Positions 1-12,000 of a DNA stretch of 64,000 nt are shown here, in pieces. The notes below the pieces were generated by a model. That model made no database searches. It was given only the letters and a program-made list of their open reading frames with translations, and was not told the DNA's origin. The DNA is from Octopus bimaculoides. Lineage: Eukaryota. The position numbers and the translations under genes are program-made. Where the stretch lies: NCBI RefSeq assembly GCF_001194135.2, contig NC_068996.1:50257825-50321824 (forward strand). Direction: 5' to 3'. Position 1 is the stretch's first letter. The number at the start of each line of letters is the position of its first letter.

Positions 1-253
1 TGTGTGTATATATATATATATATATATATAGTGAGTGAAGAAAAAATATATAGTGCATGTGTTTATTTGGCAAAAAAAATGGCCATCCTAAAATACAACA
101 TATATATATATATAAATAAATGAGTAATAGTAGAGGTACAGGTATGTATACCAAGGTTGATAATTACATAACGTTGTCTATATTATTCTGATCTAATGAG
201 GTGCCTCAATGTAAGTACCTAATTCAACTGAATCCTATATATATATATATATA

Positions 254-547
254 CACGGTGTCCACAAAGTCTGGGTACATGGGGATTAACACGTACTTTA
301 AAAAATTATTATTTCTTATATTTAATTGTTTATGCTATGATTTTATTTACTCCATGTGCCCACATGGGGATTAACACATACTTTAAGTAATTATTATTTC
401 TTATATTTAATTGTTTATGCTATGATTTTATTTACTCCATGTACCCACATGGGGATTAACACGTACTTTAAGAAATTGTTTCTTATATTTAATTGTTTAT
501 GTTACGATTTTATTTACTCCATGTACCCAGACTTTGTGGACACCCTG
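254..547. mobile_element. Tc1/mariner-type MITE with three 85-bp internal tandem units
   Basis: ~29-bp TIR ca(c/g)ggtgtccacaaagtctgggtacatgg, TA flanks; unit starts at 277, 362 and 447. Confidence 0.85.
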
Positions 548-1956
548 TATGTGTATATATATATATACACACACACACACCTGTTTCTATGTTGTACTTT
601 TTTATATCCTGTTAGTGTCATTATGGTTTACTATTAAACTTGAAGGCATATCCATACAGTTTTAGTCCCACCAAATTCCACTTGTAAAGTATTGAACAAT
701 CTGAAGAAGATGACAGAAGATAGCAAAATTTTCTCACCATGAAGCAAATCTCTTTACCCCACAACCAATATCAGCATTCATGGCCACACTTGTAAGAGTT
801 GAGCAGTCGGTTCCTAATTTGCAGGACCATTTCAGAACTTACTTTATCAATGAGTAGAGTTTTGGCATAACATTGCCAAAACTGTGTAGAGTTAGTAAAT
901 TCTTGAATCTCAGTCAATTGATAACTTTCAATAAAGCTTGTGCGTACATGTAATTCATGTGAATTACTGCTAGGCCACATGAAAATAGCTGATCAACAAA
1001 TATGATTCAGTCAACTATGACCACTGGCCCACGGATATCTTATTTCTTCTATATATTCAGACAAACCTGTGTGGTAAGAGGTTTACTTACCAACTATAAG
1101 GCTTTGGGTTCGTTCCTACTAAGTAACATCATCATCATCATCGTCATTTAACGTCTGCTTTCCATGCTAGCATGGGTTGGATGATTTGACTGGAGACTGG
1201 TGAAATCAGATGGCTACACCAGGCTCCAATCTGATCTGGCAGAGTTTCTACAGTTGGATGCCCTTCCTAACGCCAACCACTCCGAGAGTGTAGTGGGTGC
1301 TTTTACAGGCCACCGGCACGAAGGCCTGTCAGGAGGTACTGGCAACGGCCACGCTCGAAATGGTGTATTTTATGTGCCACCTGCACAGGACCCAGTCCAG
1401 CGGCACTGGCAATGATCTCGCTTGAAATATCTACTATTGCCTCGGGTTGACCAAAGCCTTGTGAGTGAATTTGGTAGACAAACTGAAAGAAGCCTGTCGT
1501 GTGTATGTATGAATATGTAATAGTTTAAAAAAATCTTATTGAGGAAAATGGAACATTTCATTCACAGAATGAGATGGCTTAATTTTTGGCATGAAAACAC
1601 GGCAAGACAACACTGACCACAAGTGTGATTTTAAATTTAAGAAGAATCCTAGCAAATAAAGATTTAGTATCTTTTGAAATTGATCGTTTTGATCTGGTAA
1701 AGAAAATAAAAATTCAGCAAAGTGAGCAACAAACTCCAAGAAGAAAACCTTAACTATGAGAAAAATTCTGAAAAACTTTTTCTACATTCTCACAAAACTA
1801 AAAACCTGTACACTTGACAAGAATTTATACAACACATTCCTCTTTAACCCTTTCGATACCAACCTGGCTCTGTAGTACAAGTAATTGAAAGAAACAGAGC
1901 ATTTCAACAGAAATATGGTAACGAAAGGGTTAAAATATATAATAGAGACTCAATTC

Positions 1957-2185
1957 TTAACCCTTTAGATACCAACTTGCCTGAAACCACCTCTGGCTCT
2001 GTAGTACAAATGTCTTGTTTTCAAAAGTTCTGAATTAAAATCTTCCACCAAACCTTAGTCACAATTTATGTTCCTAACACTAGCTTAATGATAACTAAGT
2101 TATTTTACTAAATTCTTTGTTATATTTAAATTAATTGAAAGAAACACAGAGCATCTCAAAAGAAATATGGTAACAAAAGGGTTAA
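1957..2185. mobile_element. TTAA-flanked piggyBac-like MITE (internally deleted sibling at 1844-1933)
   Basis: TTAA-CCCTTT..ATACC / GGTAAC..AAGGG-TTAA. Confidence 0.75.
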
Positions 2186-3998
2186 CCCTGTTATGAATAT
2201 TTATCAATGATTTGTACAAAGGTGAATCGATGCAAAATGAAACACAACCGACTTAAATGTTACTTCCCCATATGCTTTTGATCACTCTTAAGGATTACAA
2301 AACCATTTAGAAGCCCCAAATATAAACTTGTTAAACTGGAAAAAACAGGAATGATATTTTTTAGATTCCATTCTCCATTGGATTAGTAGAATCATAGAAT
2401 CCCCTTTATTGGAAAACAGCATGTCTGTTATAGACTGGTTTAAGGGTATTAATCACTAAGTTCACCCAGTTTGATATCAGGGACTTTTACTTGTCTATAA
2501 CAAAGCCTCTACTGCTTTAGGCACTGAGTAAAGAAACATTGAGGTTGCTTTGTGCCTGTGAGTGTGTACACCAGAACAGATGCTTATAAACGTGTATATA
2601 GAATTTCCTTATTTAGATGCAAGTTTATACAGAGGTGACAATTTGTAATATGAAGTTCAATGGCTTCCGAAGTTACAGTTGATACAAACCTTAGAAGTTT
2701 TAACATTTTAGATATCCACTTAGATTTGTGACACAATACATTTATGCCTTATAGTAAACCTAATGAAAGGCTATTTTATATTTAAAAAGGTTCAAATCAC
2801 CCGCTGTATCATCATCATCGTTGTTTAACGTCCGCTTTCCATGCTAGCATGGGTTGGACGATTTGACTGAGGACTGGTGGACCAGATGGCTACACCAGGC
2901 TCCAATTTGATTTGGCAGTGTTTTATATTCTTAAAAATGCATGTATTTGTCATTGAATGAGGCTTTGTTTCCCTGTGCTACAATGATGCATTAGGTAACC
3001 TCTAGAAAGGTTCTACTAAATGTTGGAACTAATGGAGGTAGGGATTTTTTAAGTGACCATAAATATTACAAAATTTTCAAGTGAACTCTGAAGGTGTGTT
3101 TATTGTTGCAAAAACTTTGCCTCGTTTATTGACCAGTTCATTATGAATGTTCTCAATACACCTAATGAAATACCACCCTCACTTCTCCCCACCATCAGTG
3201 TAATCCAAGTGAAAGGCAAAGGGATCGATACAGCTTGGCACCAGTGATGTTGCAACTCATTTCTACAGCTGAGTGAACTGGAGCAACGTGAAATAAAGTG
3301 TCTTGCTCAAGAACACAACACACAGCCCAGTCCAGGAATAGAACTCACTACCTCATGATTGTGTACATGGTGCTCTAACCACTAAGCCATGCACCTTCAC
3401 TCAACATGTAGAGAGTTGAAACTGATATAACGTGACATCTTGTTTGAAGCTCTAATAATTCTACCAATCCACTGTCTTCGACTGATGTTTTATCCTTGAA
3501 AGGATAAAAGACAGCTGATGTCAGTGGGATTTGAACTTGAAGTATGAGGTGGAATCAATACTGAAAGACATCTTATATGCTGCTCAATCATCATTATTGT
3601 TTTAATGTCCACTTTTCAATATTAGCATAAGTTGAATGGGGGTAACACTCCCCCAATGCCAACCTTCACCTGTTTCCAATTAAGGTAATATTTCCTCATG
3701 GTCAGATACTTCCTTGCGCAATATTAGATATGCATGACACTGCTTGTACAACTGGACAAGTATTTTGCAACACAAACACTCACATATGATGGGTTTCTTT
3801 CAGTTTCCATCTACCAAATCTTTAGTCAACCCAAACTAGTTGTAGAAGCCACTTGCCCAAAGTGCTGCACAGTAGGACTGAAATCAAGACCACATGCTTG
3901 GGGAACCAAGTTTTCTAATCACACAGCCATGCCTCTACCTATGTGTATGTGTGTGTGTGTATATATATATATATATACATGCACACACACATGCCCAT

Positions 3999-4246
3999 GG
4001 GCATATGGCGTAGTGGTTAAGAATGCAGGCTATAACCCCAAGATTCTTAGTTCAAGCAGTGACCTGAATAAATAATAATAATAACATCGAAAAATACCTT
4101 AGGAATGAGAACCCAGGTTCGAAATTTCCCCCAAGACACCCGATGAAGGCTGGAGGGTATATCAGCCGAAACGTGTTAACAACAAACAAGATGAGGACAA
4201 ATATCCGTCAAATGTAAATAATTCCTCATCTCTTAAATATAGAACT
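3999..4246 (+). mobile_element. tRNA-Arg-derived SINE with (AAT)n spacer and hammerhead-like tail, copy 1
   Basis: GGGCATATGGCGTAGTGG A box; tail CCGATGA-A-GGCTG..CAGCC-GAAAC; ends ctcttaaatatagaact. Confidence 0.8.
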
Positions 4247-4567
4247 GCACACATATTTAATATAATAAATGTAAAAACTAATTTCTTTGTGTCTGTGCGT
4301 CACATTTTGACCCCTCTCTCACTATTCAATGACACATCTACTATTCCTGGGGTCAGAATAATAGGCATAGAGACAGTGAAGGTGGTGGCAAAGACAGACA
4401 GAGACAAAGAAATTTAGGGAGAGCTGATGTTTTATTAAAAGTAGTAGTGTTGATGGTGGCAGTGGGAGTAATAATAAAAGAGAGAGAGAGGGAGATGATG
4501 TACAACTTTGTTTAACCATGTCTCTGACAAATTCCTGTGGCCAACATACTGAACACTTTCATTTTTC

Positions 4568-4816
4568 AGTTCTATATTCAAGAGATGAGGAATTATTTAC
4601 ATTTGACAGATATTTGCCCTCATCTTGTTTGTTGTTAACACAACGTTTCGGCTGATATACCCTCCAGCCTTCATCAGGTGTCTTGGGGGGAAATTTTGAA
4701 CTTGAATTCTCATTCCTAAGGTATTTTTCGATATTATTATTCAGGTCACTGCCTGGAATCGAACTTGGAATCTTGGGGTTAGTAGCCCATGCTCTTAACC
4801 ACTACACCATGGGCCC
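4568..4816 (-). mobile_element. tRNA-Arg-derived SINE with hammerhead tail, copy 2 (intact core)
   Basis: A box, B box (gagttcgattcc variant), same tail as copy 1; inverted relative to copy 1. Confidence 0.85.
4637..4682 (-). ncRNA. Minimal type I hammerhead ribozyme (predicted)
   Basis: GACAC-CUGAUGA-A-GGCUG(gaggguauau)CAGCC-GAAA-C-GUU-GUGUU: helix I 5 bp, helix II 5 bp, helix III only ACGU (loopless, dimer type). Confidence 0.7.
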
Positions 4817-4910
4817 ACGTATATGTGTATGTAAATATATATATATATGGATGTGTGTATATATATATATGTGTATGTATATGAATGTATATACATATAT
4901 ATATACATAC

Positions 4911-4964
<54 letters not shown>

Positions 4965-4984
4965 GTATACATATATATCGAAGA

Positions 4985-5185
4985 GATGATAGTCTGAAGG
5001 CGCTAAATTATTCCAGTGACAAGGAAGCGAAAACTGTAGTGAAGAAGTGGCTCAAAGAACAGTCAACAGAATTTTACGGGGCAGTGATACATGCTCTCAT
5101 TCGAAGGTGGAACATTGCTGTTGAGAGAAACGGTGACTACGTTGAGAAGTAGGGATGTGATCCACAGAGGACCAGCTTCATTTTG
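4985..5185 (+). mobile_element. mariner transposase C-terminal remnant
   Basis: [23 protein letters not shown]...[17 protein letters not shown]. Confidence 0.85.
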
Positions 5186-7271
5186 CACACACACACACAC
5201 ATATATATATACATACACACATATATATATATGCACATATATATATCTATATCTATACTATAAAAGGCAGATTTTCTGTGTGTGTGTATGTTTAAAATTC
5301 ATACATTTACACAATTCCAAATTTCTTGGATTAAACAATCGCAATTAATATTCTAAATACAATTTGTTAGGTCACTGTGTCATTTTTTCACTCCAAAAAT
5401 TTCCTAATAATGAATAAAATCCATAAAACTACAGAAGTAAACATTTTCTCCCTAATAAGATCTAATTTCCTCTTTCTAATACAAATCCTTTCAACTCCTA
5501 CTTTCTCTTAATGAGCCTTTACGAACAATCCAACAACAAATACAAAAATAAAGGAAGGAGAAAAAGAAAACTATTTCAGTATCAAATCACATTTCGATAC
5601 TGTAATGACAGATACTAAAAGTACATACAAAATTACTTTGCCCCTGTAAAATTAACTATTTCTATTCCTCTTACACATCCTTTCAATTGCTACTTTCTCT
5701 TATGAACGTTTACGAATGATCCAAGAAAAANNNNNNNNNNNNNNNNNNNNNNNNNNNNNNNNNNNNNNNNNNNNNNNNNNNNNNNNNNNNNNNNNNNNNN
5801 NNNNNNNNNNNNNNNNNNNNNNNNNNNNNNCAAGGTGCCACGCAGTGGGAATAAACCCGGAACCATGTGGTTGGTAAGCATGTGTATGTGTGTGTGCATG
5901 TGCACATGCAATGGAAGTGGGATGGTTCATCTTTGTTCGCTTAGTATTTGGGTTTATTTTTGGATTTGGTCGAATCTTGGTTGTTTTTTTTGTTGTTGTT
6001 GGTCAGTTATTTTTAGCGTTTTGACTGAAAAAAGTCATTTTAAAATTGAGAGAGAGAGATTTACATACATACATAGATACCCCACCCCACACAAACATAT
6101 ATATGATGGGCTTCTTGTCGTACCTGTCTACTAAATCCACTCTCAAGGCCTTGGTCAGTCCGAAGTTATAGCAGAAGACATTTGCCCTATACACACACAC
6201 ACATATGTACATGTATGTGTGTGTCTCTTTTGCCTATACTTATTGGTGAAAAGCCAATGTGGCATTCCTCTATGTCAGAAATATAATGAACTTGTCACTG
6301 GGTTATTCTAAACCCATTACCAAGGATACTAGTGTTCACAAATTGTGATATAGAATTAATAAATAAAATAAAAACGCCTGAGCCAATTGCTACATGGTTT
6401 TTTTGACCTACTAGAAACAAGAGGCAGATCTCCCTTAGATTACGTAACCATCAGCAAAAGTGAGACATATTAAGTAATGTAGTCTGAGATAAACAATGTT
6501 TGAGAAAAACAAAAAACAAAAAGGACAAGCTGCCCCATTCCTGCAGACTTCTGATGAAAGAGATTCTAATCATGGCTATGCCTTCTTATCTGACATGGCT
6601 TATTTCAAGTGTGCACATCTAATGTGTACTTCCATATAAACCAGCCATATCTGGCTGCTCAAATATTCTATCTATTTTATGTTCAAACTGGTCTGATCTG
6701 GCTTCTTATATTTACACAATTAACAATCCCAGCATTGAAATGTTAAAGCTCTGAGATAATCATCATCATCATCATCATCGTTTAACGTCCGCTTTCCATG
6801 CTAGCATGGGTTGGACGATTTGACTGAGGACTGGTGAAACCAGATGGCAACACCAGGCTCCAGTCTGATTTGGCAGAGTTTCTACAGCTGGATGCCCTTC
6901 CTAACGCCATGATTAATTCAAAATAATGTGAATAAATAAGCAATTTGAACTTGAGGCATGAGCTGATGATGTCGGCATTTGCCAGAGTAATCTGAATGCT
7001 AAAGGGTTAAGCAGAGAGTGTGAATTGAAGGGTGTTTTGACTGCTATGTCTAGTAAGTCTAGTTACCATGTAGAAACTTACTCACTGGCATGATATACAG
7101 TTTAACAATATATAGAATAAAGAATATCTAATTTTTATCTGAAATACTTTTTTTTATGTCACTGAATATTTTATTTTATTTTGAAGAATATTAGATTATT
7201 TTTGGTCAATTTATTTTTTTCTTCTCTTTTGTACTGTTTTTTTCCTTTGTTCCACTGTTGTTGTTGTTGTT

Positions 7272-7299
7272 TCACCAGCTTTTAAAAGGATCTTCATCA
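7272..7299 (-). CDS. OFD1: OFD1 terminal coding exon, DEDPFKSW*
   Basis: ctcttgcag acceptor, TGA at 7272-7274; C-terminal SW resembles vertebrate DDSW; AATAAA on the minus strand about 100 nt downstream (~7170-7182). Confidence 0.78.
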
Positions 7300-8986
7300 C
7301 TGCAAGAGAAATCATTACAAATATTTATCTTAAGATATTCAACTGGAGAAGTTTCTAAAAGTAAATAAACAAATAAAGAGACTCGTTCCACCAAATGCTT
7401 ATGACATTGACCCTCAGACATTGGTTGTGGATAATGGGGTGGGGCGGGGATTTGTCAGTGGTATCTTTTATCGTTTATTTGTTTCAGTAATTCGACGATG
7501 GCCATGCTGGGGCACCACCTTAAAGAATTTTAATCGAACAAATCAATCTCAAAACTTTTCTTTTTTTTTTAAGCCAGGTACTTAATCAACCGATCTCTTT
7601 TGCTGAACTGCTAGGTTATGGTGATGTAAACAAACCAACATTGGTTGTCAAGCAGTTGTATGGGACAAACACATAGGCAGACAGACAGACAGACACAGAC
7701 ACAGACACAAACACACACACAACAAGCTTTTCTTAGTTTCCATCTACCAAATCCCCTCACAGGGCTAGAGTAGAAGACAGTTGACCAGGGTGTTGTGCAG
7801 TGGGACCGAACCTGAAGCCAGGAAAATATTTTTATCTATTTATTTTCTTTCTATTTTAACGGTGATACCCAGCATGGCCGCAACCCTTAAACAAAAATTT
7901 GCAAGGGATGAAAAATGGGAAAGTTGTAAAACAACTGACGTCTTGAGATAATTGTTTCTAATGTAGGTACAGGGCAAAATATTTGAGGTATGAGGGGTTA
8001 ATTAATTAAATCAATCACAGTAATTGACTGGCATTTAATTTTGTCAAGCCTCCCCACCACCAAAAGGATGAAAAGCAAAGTTGCCTTTTTATTCTGAGTT
8101 TAAATTTCAACTTGAGGGTTGTGGCCATGTTAGGAATCACCATTAAAATAGAAATAAAATATATATTTTCCTGGCTTCAGCCCCACTGCATGGCACCTTG
8201 GTCAATTGTCTTCTAGTATAGCCCTGTGAGGGGCTTGATAGATGGAAACGGAAAGGAAGCCTCGTCGTTTAGAGCCAGAACAAGTACATTGTGGTAATTT
8301 AGTCTGAATAATTCCATGAATCCACTGCCCTAAATAACTATTTCTAGCACAGGCACAGAGCCTGAAATTTGGTGGAAGGAGTAAAATAAAATATTAGACA
8401 TCTATTGGGGTCAATTTGATTGATTAATGACCCCCTAAAAGGAGGAAAGATAAAAGCTGCCTGCAGCAGAACCAATTACCACATGGCATTTTTTCTATGC
8501 TCTTAAATTTTGAATTATAAATGGTTCTAATAATGCAAGTTCAGCATTAATTCTGTGGTTACTGTTGCACATTAACAAATAGACTCTACACTATTTGAAT
8601 ATTTACGTTGGACCTGTGATTCTAATTCATTTTGAGGTGACGCCTAGGGTATATGATGCTGAAGAAATGAAATAACAGTGACATACTGATATCCATTGTT
8701 CTTGTTCACCTATGGGGAAAGTTGTCTTGGTTTGAAATATACAGGGTTTTTTAACATTTGATGTCTTAAAAACACTTTTCACCTGATGCAATCTCACAGT
8801 CAATAAAGTGCATAAATGAAACACATACATTCCGTATATGACTGGTAATGTTAAGTGACAATACTAACAAACTAGAGTTAGAGCTTAATATACATGTGCT
8901 TTGCTTCAGGATAAGATGTTAGTTGAGTACAGAGCATAATATGAACTACATTGCTTAATTTTCTCTGTTCTTTTGTCATTTATTTA

Positions 8987-9042
<56 letters not shown>

Positions 9043-12000
9043 TACACACACACACACACAAATATATATTATATAAATATATACATGGTGAACACATCAC
9101 ACACCCCTTCAGGTAGATGGCCTGTAGAAAAGATGTAGGTAGAAACTCCATTAGATATACCCAGTGTAAGAGCTATGGATGCATAAGAGGTGCAGCAACA
9201 CCAAAGGAAGGTTAACCAGGAAGGTAGCTTTTGTGTGCGGCAGATGCACAGGAGCAATAAGCACCGCAGATGCTCAGAAAACTGATTCCATCACATGACA
9301 GGGAGAGAAACTAGAAGTAGTTGATAGCTTCCATTACCTGGGTGACCAAGTCTGTAGTGAGGGTGGATGCTCAGAGAGCATTGCCACTAGAATAAGAATA
9401 GCCCGGGCAAAGTTCAGAAAGCTCCTACCTCTACTGGTAACAAAGGGCCTCTCACTCAGAGTGAAAGGTAGATTGTACAATGCATGTGTGCGAATTGCCA
9501 TGCTTCACGGCAGTGGAGCATGGGCCGGGACGGCTGAAGACATGCGCAGGCATAGGCTCGAAAGAAATGAAGCTAGCATGATCCGTTGGATGTGTAATGT
9601 CAGTGTGCACACACACGACAGAGTGTAAGCGCCCTGAGAAAAATGTTGGACATAAGAAGCATCAGATGTGGTGTGCAAGAGAGACGACTGCACTGGTATG
9701 GTTATGTGTTGTGTATGGATGAGGAGAGCTGTGTGAAGAAGTGTTGCACTCTAACAGTGGAGGGAACCCGTGGAAGAGGGAGACCCAGGAAGATATGGCA
9801 AGACAGAGGCAAGACAGAGACGAAAGACCAAAACCTCTGGAGATCTGCTGTGATTGAGAAGACCCGGCAAGGAAAGTGAGATCACAGCCGTAGCCTAAGC
9901 CAGTATTGCATAACCAGCCCACTCAAAAGGTACCTTTCAATCATTAGGTAACATGCCATGCTTGAGGAGACATACTGAGTCAAGTAAAATCAAAATCAAA
10001 TCAATCAGAATCAAATGGAAATTGTTGTTGTGGCCGTTACCAGTGCTGGTGGCATGCAATAATTACCATTCATTCATGGGTGGGTCGCTGCCAGAGCTGC
10101 CGGACTGGCTTCCTGTGCTGGTGGCATGTAAAAAGCACAATCCGAACATGGTCGATGCCAGCCCCCCCCCCCCACTGGCTCCTGTACCAGTAGCACGTAA
10201 AAAGCACTCACTACACCTTGGAGCGGTTGGTGTTAGGAAGGGCATCCAGCTGTAGTAATACTGCCAGGTCAGATTGGAGCCTGGTGCAACCTCCTGGCTT
10301 ACCAGTCTCCAGTCACATGGTCCAACCCATGCCAGCATGGAAAACAGACATTAAATGATGATGATGATGACATACATACATACATACATATAGATATATA
10401 CACACACATACATATACATATGTATATAAATATACACACACACACATGTATATACATATGCACACATACGCACACACACAATGCGATACTTCAGTTTCCA
10501 TCAGTGTATGGCTTCAGAAGACATTTGTCCAAGGTGCTACGAAATGGAACTGAATCTAAAATCACATGAACGGGAAGCAAAACTCCATAACTACATACCT
10601 GTGCATATATTTAAAAATAAAATTCTATTAAATTATATATATATATAATTTAATAGAATATATATATTATATATATATTTGACAGGAAGGACAACATAAG
10701 AAAGAAAGAGACCTCGATATTATGCAAATAGAGGAATTTATCTGTAAAAATATGACACTTATTCAGTAGCCATGATAAAACTCCGAGTTTCAGATGCCAG
10801 GGTGGGAGCCTACGCCAACATCGCTTTAGTTATCCGGCCAATTGAAAATTCCTGTGAAAAATGACCGTTAAAAACAAATTGGCCGGATAACTGAAGAGAT
10901 GTTGGCGTGGGCTCCCACCCTGGCATCCGAAACTCGGAGTTTTATCATGGCTACTGAATAAGTGTCACATATTTTTACNNNNNNNNNNATATATACTGAA
11001 GAAAATATACCTTCATTTTACTTTTCTTTAAAATTCTCTTTTACAAATATACCAAAACAAAAATAAAAATTATTCTACCTGTTGGTCATAATTGATTGTG
11101 AAAGAGATTCAATGACGGATTCCTCCTGAAATTAAACACAAGATATGAGTAAGTAATTAGTAAAGCAAACATTAACCCTTTAATATTTAAACTATTCACA
11201 TCCAGCCAAAATATTTTCTGTTTTATGTTCAAACCAGCCAGATCCTGCTTCTCACACCTACCCTACAATGTCATTCTAAAACTAAACAATCACATCATCA
11301 AAATTTCTAAGCTATGAGATAATGCAGGATTAATTAAAAATAATTGTCGTTATCCATGCTGGCATGGGTTGGATGGTTTGACCAGGGCTGGCCAGCTGGG
11401 GAGCTGCCCTCACTCCAGTTGTCTGTTTTGGCCTGGTTTCTATGGCTGGATGCCCTTCCTAGTGCCAGCCACTTTAGAGAATGTGGGTTGTGTGCTTTTT
11501 AAGTGGTACTAGCACCAGTGCTTTATATATGGCACCAGCAAGGGTACCTTTTACGTGGTACCAGCATGGGTGCTTTTAACGAGGCACCAATAATGTGAAT
11601 AAATAAGCATTACATTAGACAGAGTGATTTGAATGCTCAAAGTTTAATTAGTAGCAGTTTGTCTTTGTCTTAATGTTTCTAATTAAAAGAAATTAAACAA
11701 AAGTTTGGGTGGTGGAATATCAACTGCTTTAATCTTGCCTATCTATTTTGGGGAGGGATGCCTACAAAGGTTACGTGTACTCTTGCTCCTTTATTGAGTT
11801 CCATTCACCTCACCAGTTGTTCAATGGTGGGAGACTTACAACAAAGTTATTATCTATTCTCGGCCCCCTCCTGATGATTAAGATCATCATCATCATTTAA
11901 CATCTGCTTTCCATGCTGGCATGGGTTGGACGGTTTGACTGAGGGCTGGCGAGCCAGAAGGCTGTACCAGGCTCCAATCTGATCTGGTGATGTTTCTACA

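Noticed and set aside
771-980. 69-aa minus-strand ORF (MWPSSNSHEL...CGHEC)
   Set aside because: No convincing splice partners or recognisable family. OFD1 already terminates at 7272. It may be a decayed transposon, but I cannot support that.
3999-4070. tRNA-like heads as possible real tRNA genes
   Set aside because: No intact acceptor or anticodon stems, and all are followed by the same SINE tail.
8673-8710. 23-nt AG...GT segment in the last intron
   Set aside because: It would introduce an immediate TGA and shift the frame; probably chance.
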